Made by a program: the position numbers and the translations under genes. A stretch of 64,000 nucleotides of DNA from NCBI RefSeq assembly GCF_009914755.1, contig NC_060931.1. One strand, given 5' to 3'. The notes under the pieces were generated by a model, which saw only the letters and a program-made list of their open reading frames with translations, ran no database searches and was not told the DNA's origin. Shown one piece after another: positions 51,799 to 64,000 of the stretch (the first letter of the stretch is position 1; each line of letters starts with the position of its first letter). Source of the stretch: the human T2T-CHM13v2.0 reference genome, Homo sapiens.

Positions 51799-53701
51799 GT
51801 AATGGCTCAGCGATCAACCAGTTTTTCCTGCATGTTTTCTAATTTTGATTTAATCCTTACAAAATTTAAAATTTATTTATAGTAAAATATTACTTACTGT
51901 AGCACTAAGCTCACAAAACATGTCTTTCCCAAATTTCACTCTAGCATCAGTGTGTCACTCTAGGTAAGGCTGCCTAATAAGGCTGCATTTATATCAGAGG
52001 CCCTTCTTTATTGGGGAAAAAAAAATCTCGTGAGACTGTTACATGATGTTTTTCCTATGAAGCAAACCATAGGTTAAAACAGTGCCTCGGCAAATGTGAT
52101 ACAGATACCAATGGTGATGCTCAAGATTAATTTGGGTCAGGTCAGAGGCATAAATGCATGCCACTCCCGGAATGCAGATAGGCCCAGCACATACACCACC
52201 CAGGCTTGCAGTCCCAGGGCACAACCTGAGAAGCCTTGCTCACTTGGATGGGAGTATTTGTTCCCATGCTTACTGTGCCCACTCCTACCCCCAAAGCCCC
52301 AGGCTCTGCCTGAGCCCCACATCACCTGCTTTGACTCTCCTTCTGCTGATACCCCTCATACCTCCCAGCAGTTCCCATCTGCACCTGAAGTCTCACTTTT
52401 CTGTCTCAATTCCACTTTCCTTCTCTTAACACGCCCGACACCTGCTTTGAGCCTCCACCACACATCCTGAACATTCTCTGCAGCACCCTTTTACAACACA
52501 CCCTTCCATCTTAATCTCACCTTAACCCATGCTTCTCCCAGCCTCCGCATTCACTGAGCTCCAGCCCTCTTCCCAAACCCAGTCGACCTTTGCTAGCCCC
52601 TGGTGCTCTGTAACCTCACATGCCTTGAAATCCCTCACCCTTGCCCCTGTATCTCAGCTTCAGTCCCCTAACCTCCAGCATCCATACCATCTCACACCTA
52701 TCCTTGGCCCATTGTTTCCTCCCAAACTAGAGTTTCCTTCTTCTCCTTGGGACTGACAGAGACTTGAGATTGAATCTCCTCTTAGCCCGTCTTCATGCCC
52801 ACTTTCCTTGGTCTCATCTGTCAATTATCTGCCTGAAGCCCCTGGATTATCTGCCCCAAAACCCCTCTTGCCCTTCTCTGGCATTGCTAATCCATTGCTT
52901 TTAATTTTAGCTACAACTCTTTCCTTTTAGGTATGTGGTCCTCTATAGCCATTTACACTCAGACATTTTTCCTTTTCTGCTAATTTTATTTTTTTAAGTC
53001 TATTTAAATAAATAAGCATGCAAAGAAAAATAATGGTATAGATGGTATACCATATGACAAATGTATGTTAAGAATATAGTACAAGAAAGTTTGTACTGAG
53101 ACACTAGGCAAGAGTGGAGGAAACACTGTGTTAAAACATCTATTGATAGCTGCTGGACCTCCCTCAGCAACTGCTGAAAACACTATGGAAATCTGCCTCT
53201 AGGTCTAAAAATTCACCGTATTTATGAAGTGGATTTTCAAAACCTAAGAAAGATAAAAAACGAAAATTAAAAAGGAATTTCCAGATTTCTGGACAAAATG
53301 ATATAATTGGTTTACAATCTGATACAACTACGTGCTCCACACATGGAAACTGATAAAATATAAAATGAGAAAAAACAATAAAATGTATCTAGGCTCTAAA
53401 ACAGGAGGAATATCTCTTCACACCAGAACTAGAGCAAAAGCACAAAGTGGTGAGCTGGACAATAGTCACAGACCTGCTCTGAAAAGAAGGCTGAAAAACC
53501 TGGTTAGCCAATGCCTGGAGCTAAAGTTTATAGAAATCCGTGAGCCTGGGGAAGCAGGAAACAGAGAAAGTGTCCTACAACCAAGAACCGAAATAAGCTA
53601 AGGAGTGACTCAATGGCCATATTTTTAAGGGACTCTTTCAGACTGTGGTAATCCAGTGAAAAATAAACAAGGAAGTGAAGAGACTGTAATAATCAATAAT
53701 G

Positions 53702-54237
<536 letters not shown>

Positions 54238-54259
54238 TTAGAACAGAGTTAATGGGAGT

Positions 54260-55850
54260 TCTATTAGTCTGGGTCCAGTCAGGAGATAGAAAGCACACAA
54301 TGAAAGAGAAAGTTTAGTATAATGAATCATTAAGAGGGGATTGTAGTATGGGGAGTTGGGTAGCGAAAGTTAAGACATCTCTACCATCTCACACCAGTTA
54401 GAATGGCGATCATTAAAAAGTCAGGAAACAACAGGTGCTGGAGAGGATGTGGAGAAATAGGAACACTTTTACACTGCTGGTGGGACTGTAAACTAGTTCA
54501 ACCATTGTGGAAGTCAGTGTGGCGATTCCTCAAGGATCAAGAACTAGAAATACCATTTGACCCAGCCATCCCATTACTGGGTATATACCCCAAGGATTAT
54601 AAATCATGCTGCTATAAAGACACATGCACACGTATGTTTATTGCAGCACTATTCACAATAGCAAAGACTTGGAACCAACCCAAATGCCCATCAATGATAG
54701 ACTGGATTAAGAAAATGTGGCACATATACACCATGGAATACTAGGCAGCCATAAAAAAGGATGAGTTCATGTCCTTTGTAGGGGCATGGATGAAGCTGGA
54801 AACCATCTTTCTCAGCAAACTAACAAGGACAGAAAACCAAACACGGCATGTTCTCACTCATAGGTGGGAATTGAACAACGAGAACACTTGGACACAGGAA
54901 GGGGAACATCACACACCAGGGTCTGTGGTGGGGTGGGGAGAGGGGGGAGGGATAGCATTAGGAGATATACCTAAGGTAAATGACGAGTTAATGGGTACAG
55001 CACACCAACATGGCACATGTATACATATGTAACAAACCTGCACGTTGTGCACATGTACCCTAGAACTTAAAGTATAATAATAAAATAATAATAATAATAA
55101 TAAAAGAAAGTTAAGACACCTCTAAAGAATACAGAAGTAGCAGATAAAAGTAGCACCCCACTACCGCTGGAGTGAAATACAGCACCCATCGATGATCCCT
55201 TTCTTCTCTCCCAGCAAGGCGGAGAGGCAGGCCTCAATGGAAAGGGCACAGCTGTGGTTCACTGGATGGCAGAGCAGTTGCTGTGGTGCCTTGCTGGTGG
55301 GGCTTGCTGGAAATCTGCCCTCAAGGGTGGCAAGGGAGACCTTCCACAGGACGGTGCTGAGCTTCAGAACCTGTCAGGTGCTGGGGAAACTACTGGCCAC
55401 TGAGCACTACTGGAACAAGAAGCTAGCCAAGATTGTCATCTGCAGGAGTCTAGGGCAGTTCTGCATGTGGGAGGGTGCAGGCATTAGTGACCTGGCTGAG
55501 ACATAGGACTGTGCTCATAGTTATGCCTCTGTAACCTAAGCCAAGAGCTAGAGAAAGCACCCAGTGGCCACACAGAAGAGAAAGCTGCATTCTGCAGGCA
55601 CCTGCCTCTGAAAAACTATGCAGGCAGAACAGAGGAGAAAAAAAACCATCCTGCAGGAGCTTTCCCAGGGAGCACCAGAAAGATAAGGAAGAAAAACCTC
55701 CTCCTGCAATGTCTTTGCTGCACCCTCTACTGACAGGGCTTAACCTCTTGCCCACTGGTAAAGGAGAAATATTTATTAGGCAAAAAAGTGAATTTGAACC
55801 AGAGAGGCAATAAGTCAATAACCAGGACAGGGGTGGTAATATTTCAGACA
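54260..55850. mobile_element. Old ERVL/MaLR-type LTR-like element, split by the L1PA insertion
   Basis: tattagtctgggtccagtcaggagatagaa start; sequence resumes after the L1 TSD; family not resolved. Confidence 0.5.
54382..55105 (+). mobile_element. 5'-truncated L1PA (about PA3-PA5): ORF2 C-terminus and 3'UTR
   Basis: ORF 54403-54744 = ORF2p C-terminus ([20 protein letters not shown]); TSD gaaagttaagaca(t/c)ctcta at 54365 and 55106; (TAA)n tail. Confidence 0.96.
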
Positions 55851-56023
55851 GGGGCACAGCAAGCATGAGGGCCTGGATTTGGGGGTCCCAATGACTAACG
55901 ACAGGGGTAGGCAGAGAGGCGTGTGGGACACTGAGGGACCGGTTCATGCAGGGCCTCTTAGGCCATCATGACAAGTTTGGATTCTATTCTTCCTCTAACA
56001 AAAAACCTTCAGGAGTTTTTAAA

Positions 56024-56485
56024 CAGTGGTTCATGACCTATAGGGAATTTCTGAATAGATTTCAGAGCCCATTAACCTGAATGAATAAAAAATCACAACT
56101 TTTTCCCCCCATTAACCCTTGATAGAAATGTAACATTTACTTTGTGAATCTAAGCAACAAACTACAATAGTATTACCAGTATTTGTGACATCACGAACGG
56201 ATACCACAGAAATTTTAATATAACATTGCCCTTATAGATAATTTACAATATATTTACACTCATCATTATCATATCTTATGTTCTAATAATGAACCACATT
56301 CATAACTGTATCACAACTTTAGGTTACTTGTTAAATATTTTGAATACGATGTTTCAATGGAATTGGCTTTCTTGGAGTCCTATGTATCATTTAGTATATT
56401 TACACATTTCTTCAGGGAAGGATTCCATAGACTTCACCAGTCTTCCAAAGGAGTCCACGAAATAAAACAGGTGAAGCACTGCTGC
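56024..56485. mobile_element. hAT-Charlie (MER113-like) element inside L2 remnants
   Basis: cagtggttc ... gaagcactgctg termini; ccatagacttcaccagtcttccaaaggagtcca. Confidence 0.6.
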
Positions 56486-57126
56486 ATTAGAGGGTCTTAT
56501 TCAGAAGGGCACATGGTCTGATCTACTCCATGTGGCTACAGTTTGGAGAACAGTGTGTGGGGGCCAGAGTAAGATGAGGGAAAGCAGAACGGAGAGGAGG
56601 TGATGGAGGCTGAATAATGAACTTGATTGGTCTCACTAAAGCTGTCAGCGGAGAAATAAAATATAGATGGATAAAAGAGTAGGACAGGGGAATGAGAGTC
56701 AGGACCCTGCACCATTTAGATTCGGATAGAAAAAGTCACTAGTGAAGGGATCCTAACAAATGGCTGGCAAAATAAGAGGAAACCCAGGAGAGTGTTGTAT
56801 CATAGACACCAAAAAAGAAATGTGGTACAGAAGAAGGAAGAGATCATTTTTGTTAACTGCCGTGAAGAATCACATAAAATTAGAGATTTTCACTTTCAAC
56901 CAAGATAGATTAACAGGGACTAGATTTACTTTCCTGCTTGATAGAACTAAGAAACTGAACAAAATATGTGAAATAATGGCTTCTGACATTGGACATCATG
57001 CAAAGTAGGATAGTGATCTCTGTGGAAGGAGAAATAAATGAGATGAAACTTGTCATTGACCCAGTTTAAGGTCTGAGTAGTTTTCAGGCCTCGGAGCCTA
57101 GAGGGAAAACACAGACAAAACCCAGT

Positions 57127-57130
<4 letters not shown>

Positions 57131-57158
<28 letters not shown>

Positions 57159-57235
57159 GAGACGGAGTTTCACTCTTGTTGCTCAGGCTAGAGTGCAATG
57201 GCGCAGTCTCGGCTCACCGCAAACTCCGCCTCCCG
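57131..57235 (-). mobile_element. Heavily 5'-truncated AluSp-like insertion
   Basis: Poly(T) plus ~77 nt of Alu; TSD aaac(c/t)cagtggacttt. Confidence 0.92.
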
Positions 57236-57537
57236 AAACTCAGTGGACTTTGAGTTGAGGAGACAGAGCTAAGAGTTGAAGGAGGCCAAAGTAGCCAGAG
57301 GTTTCAGAGCAAAGAACCGGAGAGGAGAGAACTTCTCAGAAAGAGAAAAGCCCAGAGATCTGCAGAGGTTCTCCTTTGAGTCTTCATCCGACTACTGATC
57401 AGTGTATTTATTGAGGAAACTACCAGAGGCAGGGTATATATCTACCAGAAAAGATTAAAAGGAGCAATTCTTAGAAGTCACACAGGGCCAGGAAAAGTTC
57501 TTATTAAACTAACTGGAGTAGAAAATCTTTAAATTCA

Positions 57538-57540
57538 TTT

Positions 57541-57579
<39 letters not shown>

Positions 57580-57626
57580 TGATTATTATACTTGAAGTTT
57601 TAGGGTACATGTGCACAACGTGCAGG
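57538..57626 (-). mobile_element. Tiny L1PA 3' tip with (TTTA)n tail
   Basis: attattatacttgaagttttagggtacatgtgcacaacgtgcagg. Confidence 0.88.
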
Positions 57627-59133
57627 TGAGACACTGGGTAAAGTGTTAAGAAAGATATTGCCTCAGAGGGGAAGATAATTAGTCCTAGACTAAACTCTGC
57701 ACTAAACCTAACTAACAAATCCTAATAGCAAGACTCAAAAGGATTAAACTGTTTCCAAGTAATTTAAATGTGTTCCAGAACAAGGCTCAATAACATTTAC
57801 GAGAATTCAGAAATACCTAGTCCCCAAAAGTTTAAAATTTACAATGTCTGGCATCCATTCAAAAATCACCAGGCAAGCAAAAAAGGAGAAAAAAAATGTA
57901 CCCAAAATGAAGAGAAAAATCAGTCAATAATAGAAATAGACCCGGAAATGGCACACTTAGTAGAGTTAGTAGAGACATTAAGCATTTATTATATCTATAT
58001 TCCGTATGTACATATGTCCCCAAAGGAAGTCCAAATCATTGAAGAAATAATGCTTTAAAAATTTGCCAATTTGATGAAAACTTAAAATCCACAGATTCAA
58101 GAAGCTCAATAAATTCTAAGCATAAGAAACATAAGAAATCCTACACCTAGGTATATCATAATCAAACTGCTTAAAACCAATGTTAAGGAGAAAACTACTA
58201 AAGCATCCAGAGAAATTGACACAATATAGATGAGGAAAAAGACAAGAAAGCTACAAACTTCTCGTCAGAAACAATGCAAACAAGAAGATAATGGAGCAAT
58301 ATTTTCAAAGCACTGAAAGAAAAAGAAAACACCTCAAATCAGAATGCTATTTACAGAAAAATGCCTAATAAAAAGGAAGGCAAAGTTCAGACATTTTCAG
58401 AAATTAAAGGTTAAAATAATTAACTACCAGCACACCTACACTACAAGAAATATTAAAGGAAGTCCTTTGAGCAGAAGGAAAGTGATACTAGATGGAAATC
58501 TGAATATACACAAAGGAATGAAGAGTATCAGTAATAGTAAATATACAAGTTACTATAAAAGAATGGTTTGTATATTTACATTTTTGATATGTTTAAAAGC
58601 ATACTTATTTTTCAAAGAAAAAAGAACATTATATTATGGGTTTTTTTAAGACAAGTATTAGTAAAATGTTTGAAAACAATAGCCAAAACACTGGGAAAAA
58701 GAAACTAAAGTATTATATTTTAAGGTTCCTAAGTGGTATATAACATTGTCTGAAGGTAGATTGTGATGTTAAGGACAGCCAAAGTAATTTTCTTAGAGCA
58801 AACAACATTACTAGGGATAAAGAAGTTTCTTTCAAAATTAAAAAGGAATCAGTTTATCCAGAACTGCAAATAGACAAATCTCCAATTGTATTCAGAGATT
58901 TCAACACCCTTCTACTAAATCTTAGTAGAACAAGTAAATAGAAATTCGGCAGAAACATAGATGACTTTAATAGCACTATCAACAAATTTGACCTAATAAA
59001 CATTTGTAGAAGACTTCACATATTAACAACAGAGTATGTCTTCTTCTCAAATGCACTTGAAACATTTACCAAAATAGACCATATTCTGGACTATAACACA
59101 AGTCTCAATAAACTTTTAAAAATTCACATAATA

Positions 59134-59350
59134 CCAGCCTGGGTAACATAGGGAGACCCTGTTTCTACAAAAAAAAATAATAATAATTAACCAGGAATAG
59201 TGGCATGTTCCTGTAGTCCCAGCTACTGGAAGGCTGATGTAGGAGGATTACTTGAACCCAAGACTTTGAGGCTGCAGTGAGCTATGATTGCATTACCGTA
59301 CCCCATGTTGGGTAACAGAACAAGACCCTGTCTCAAAAAAAAGAAAAAAA
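59134..59350 (+). mobile_element. AluJ, 5'-truncated
   Basis: gaggctgcagtgagctatgattg J-type right arm. Confidence 0.88.
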
Positions 59351-62300
59351 ATCAAGAAATGCAAAGTATATTACCTGACCAATATGGAATAAAGTCAGAA
59401 GTCAATAACAGAAAGTGGTCTGGGAAACCTTGAAATATTTATAAACTACATAACTCACTTCTAAATAATGCACAAATCAAAGGAAAAATCAAAAGAGAAA
59501 CTCAAAAGTGTTTTGAATTGAACAAAAATGAACACTGAACATATCAAAATGTATAGGAAGCTTAAAGTGATACTGAGAAAGAAACTTGTACCACTAAACA
59601 CCTATACTATCTAAAAATCTCAAATTAATATACTAAGCTTCCACCTTAAGATACCAGAAGGAAGAAAATAACAAAGAAAAATCAATCAAATACAAAGCTG
59701 GTTCTCTGGGAACATCAATATTGAACTCACTGAGCAAGAAAAAAAAGAAGATACAAACTGCCAACATCAAGAATGAAAGAGCTGACATCACTACAGATTC
59801 TACATATATTAAAAGACTAATAAAATAATCTTATTAAAACATTTATGCAAACAAATCCTACAACTCAGATGAAATGAGCAAATTCCCTAAAGTTTACAAA
59901 CTACCAAAGCCCACTCAAGAATAAATTGATAGTTTGAATATTCTTACATTTATTTTAAAAAATTGAATCTGTGGTTAAATTCTTTTTTCCCTAAAAAAAA
60001 AAACAAAAAAACAAAAAAACTTTAAGCCATATGGCTTTACTGATGACTTCTATTAAAAAAAAAAGTGATAAGGAAGAAGTTCTTATTCTATGAGACCAAC
60101 ATCATTACTCTGATATCAAAATTAGACAATGAGATTACAAAAAAAATAAAATTATAGACAAATATCAGCCATGAACATAGACGAAAGAATTCTTAACAAA
60201 ATGTAACAAATCTAATCCAACCATATAGAAAAAGAATAATATATCATCACCAAGTAGGACTGTTCTAAAAACTGAAAAGTTGGTTTAACATTCAGAAATT
60301 AATGTAATTCTCCTAATTAAAAAAATTAAAAAGAAAAAACCAATTATCTCAATCAATGCAGAAAACCCATTTGATAAAATACCCCATCATTTTTTGATAA
60401 CTCTCAGCAAGCAACGAATTAAAAGAAATTCCTTCAACCTGATAAAAGGCAGCTACAAAAAACAACGGCTAACATCATACTAAATGGTGAAAGACTAAGA
60501 TCGAGAACAAGGCAAGGGCATACACTACATCTATTGAACATTGTACTGGAAGTTCTGGCCTGTTCAATAAGGCAAGAAAATAAAAGCATCCAGGTAGGAA
60601 AGGAACATGTAGGAGTGTCTTTATTCACAGATGGCATGATTACTTATGCAAACAATCTTATGGAATCTACACATACACACACATACACGTACTAAAACTA
60701 ATAAAGTTTAGCAAGGTTGTAGAATATGTGACAATATACTAAAATCAATCCCAATTCTATATACTACAAGTGGGAAGTGGGAAATTAAAAATAAAAAAAT
60801 AATTTTATGTACAATAGTACCAAAATATTAAATTATAGGGAATAAATGTGATCAGAGATTGTAAAACCCACACACTGCAATCTATAAAATATTACAGAGA
60901 AAAACTACTGAGAAAAATAGACTAAATAAATTAAAAGATATTTTCAATGTGAGTGAATAAGAAAATTCAGTATAGTTAAGATGTTCTTTCTCCTCCAATT
61001 GAATTCACATGGAAATGCAGAAAGCCAAAATAGTCAAAATAAATTTTTTTTAAAAAGAGCAAAGTTGGAAGAGGGATACTACCTGATTTCAATTCTGTTT
61101 CAACTACTATATAAAGCTAATTACTAATTCTCATTTCAATTACCTATAGAACTATAGTAATCAAAACATTTCAATGGCATACAAATAGACAAATAGATCA
61201 ATGGAACAGAAAAGAGAGCTGAGAAGTAGTCCCACACATAAATGGTCAATTGCTTTTCAACACAAGGGCAAAGGCAACTCAATTAACAATTTTTTTTTCA
61301 AAAAATGATTCTGGATCAATTATATATCTATAGACAAAATAATCAGCCACAACCCATACCTCAAACCACAGATGAAAATTAACTCAAAATGGATTAAAGC
61401 CCTTACGTAAAACCTAAAATAATAAAACTTCTATAAGAAAATGCAATAAAAAAATCTTCACGACTTTGTGTTAAGCAAAGATCTCCTAAATATAACAACA
61501 AATGCATAATTTATAAACAAAAAAATTGATAAGTCAGACATTACCAAAATCAAGAACTTCATTATTTGTAAAACACTTCAAAGAAAATGAAAAGGATAGA
61601 CCATAAACTAGGGGAAAATGTTTGTAAATCACATATCTGATCAGGACTTGTATCCAAAAAATATAAAGAACTCCCAAAGCACAATAATAAAAATACAAAC
61701 AACCCAATTAAATGTCAGCAAAAGATTTGAAAAGGCATTTTGCTAAACAAGATGAGCACATTGGAAATAAGCACACAAAAAGATGCCCAACGTGGTTAGT
61801 CATTTCAGAAATGCAAAAAAAAAATCACAATGAGAAATCACTATACACCTGTTAGAATGGTTAAATCTAAAGAGACTGACAGTACCAAATATTGGTGATG
61901 GTGGGGTGCAACTGGAGCTTATTTAGCTGGTGGGAGTATAAAATGCTAAAGCTACTTTGGAAAATAATTTGTCAGTTTCTTAAAAAGTGAAACATTCACC
62001 TACTAAATGATCCAGCCATTTCATTTCTAGATATTTGCTCAAGAGAAATGAAAGTATATGTCCACACAAAGCCTTGTATATGAATGTTCATAGCAGTTTT
62101 ATGTGTAATAGTCTAAAAGTGGGAACCACTCAAATTTATATCAACAGGTGGATGGATAATAATTTGTGAGATAGCTATACAGTGAAATGCTATGCAGCAA
62201 TAAAAGGAAATGATATGCTGATTTATGCCACAGCATGGATAAATGGCAAAATAAGTATGTTGAGCAAAACAAGCTATCTGAAAAGGAGTAGATAATGTAT

Positions 62301-64000
62301 GATTTCATTTATATAATGTTCTAAAAATGCAAACTAATCTATAGTGACTGAAAGCATATCAGTAGTTGCAGGAGGAAGGAAGGAAGAGGACTGGCAACTA
62401 AGAAGTGTGGAGAGAGGGATGATAAAAAAGCAGGAGAAAACTTCTAGGGGTAATGGATATGTTTATTATCTTGACTTTTTTGATGTTTTCCTGAGTCTGT
62501 AGCAGTGTTCAAATTTATCAAATTTTACATTTCAAATATGTGCACTTTGTTATATGAAAACTATAACTCAAGAAAGCTCTAAGCTGTATCAAATGAAATT
62601 TAGAATATTTTAGATATCACTTTTTAACTTTTTAATACTCGTCATATCTCTTTATGTCTATAATTTTATGTTTTTGTATGAGATTATTTTAACGCATGTA
62701 CAACCTGTCTCATATTTAAGTAACACAGCCTATTTTATGATTTTACTGAAATTTTTGTTTTGTTTTTATCTTATTTACTTCTTTTCTATCTTGACAACAC
62801 TATTTAAATGATACCATTTTAAATCTTTTATTGTGTATTTTCCCAGAGGCAAAAGAACATCTTTAAATTACCTATGTAATGTAGATCGTTCTATAGGAGG
62901 AAGATAGCCCTCCTAATTTCCTGGCTCTGTAATTTACTGGTGTCCTGGCACATGTTAAACCTTAATCTCCTTACCAAATAAGGTAATTTTGTAATGCACT
63001 TAGTTTCATGCTCAGTGCCTGATAGTTAGCGTGCAACTTTTTAAATTTTTGTACATTCTTTTGAACAGTGACCTAGCTGAAATGTTGTGCCCTTTTTGAT
63101 GATGAGCTTTAGAAAACTTCAGCAGGAAAGATGATGGATACAATCAAATTATTAAGTAATCCAATATAAATGTGGGTTAGCCACCCTGAAAATGGACTTT
63201 AAAGGCATCAGAATTTCAAAGTTCTGTTGTCCAAACAACAGTCCGCATTATAGTGGCCACACTGAGAATAGAACGAGAATTATAAACTATTTTATAGTCT
63301 TACTTGAAGAATTCTCTGGTTATTAGGTCCATAAATGTCATTATTTTAAGAGTGAATGCCATGAGGAAGTTTTAATGAATGAAATACCAAAGAATTCACT
63401 GTCTACTTTCCTACTCAGAATAATTACTCACCACAAAGCTGTTCAGAAGAATTTTTAAGATTCTGAAATACACTACTTATTGCAGACAAGAGCCAAGAGA
63501 GATCGTTATCGTATTATTTATCCTCTGACCACTGTGACCACTACCTCCCCTTGTCACCTTCCACGTCTCCTAGGAAGGGCTGGCAGACCCAGAATGACTA
63601 CTTGCATTGTCCTTTCTCTGTATAAAACCTGAAATTTTGTGTAATATAATCCTTCCTCTGTAATAACATCAGAAACAGCAATGACTGCTAGCATTTATTG
63701 GGTGTTTATTGTTTGCAAATACAGTGAGTTGCAAATGTACTGAATAAAGCTTAATTGTATAAACAATCCTACAAGATAGGAACTGATACCACTCCCCTTG
63801 GAAAAATGAGGAGACAGTCTTGGTGAGTTTAAATAATGTGCTCGGATATTGCAATATTTTGCTTGTAAATAAGAACTCCAAAACAAGCCAAGGTATTAGG
63901 AAAATGTTTTTGTAAATACATCTTGAAACTTTCCAACTTTCAAGTTTGAGATCGTAATGAAACTTTTACCTTCCACATTTTCTTTTCTTAGCTTCTGCCT

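Larger units (their letters stand above)
56885..62580 (+). mobile_element. Long degraded L1M (5' region, ORF1/ORF2 remnants, L1MD/ME-like 3' end)
   Basis: Continuous A-rich L1 motifs (cacacctaggtatatcataatcaaactg, cattgtactggaagttctggcc) ending at aagaaagct. Confidence 0.85.

Noticed and set aside
52096-52870. C-rich stretch with several Pro/Ser-rich ORFs
   Set aside because: Compositional bias; no recognisable homology or splice structure.
54403-54744. 113-aa ORF with a Cys-rich motif
   Set aside because: C-terminus of L1 ORF2p in a 5'-truncated L1PA; not an independent gene.

Overview
Human genomic DNA from inside the ABCB5 gene (P-glycoprotein-family ABC transporter, 7p21), on the + strand. 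Eleven consecutive coding exons with GT-AG boundaries are present, numbered 6-16 from memory of the 1257-aa isoform. They encode most of TMD1, all of NBD1 and the linker. The window also holds the internal Met (16352) used by the short alpha/beta isoforms and the alpha-specific terminal exon (DTPRYSF*). Introns are dominated by L1, L2, Alu/FLAM, MIR and MER elements, plus a full-length sense-oriented SVA (probably SVA_E) with a 14-bp TSD. I found no new multi-gene system. The least obvious items are: an old antisense processed pseudogene of securin (PTTG1) nested in an L2; a tailless 35-nt U2 snRNA retrocopy with TSDs next to the presumed internal promoter; a 94-bp locally templated insertion; inverted Alus tightly flanking the in-frame H-loop exon; uORFs and a possible GUG start in the short-isoform leader; weak splice sites around an 80-nt intron; and a probable Gln>Lys missense allele. 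Repeat subfamily names and old-repeat boundaries are by eye and approximate.
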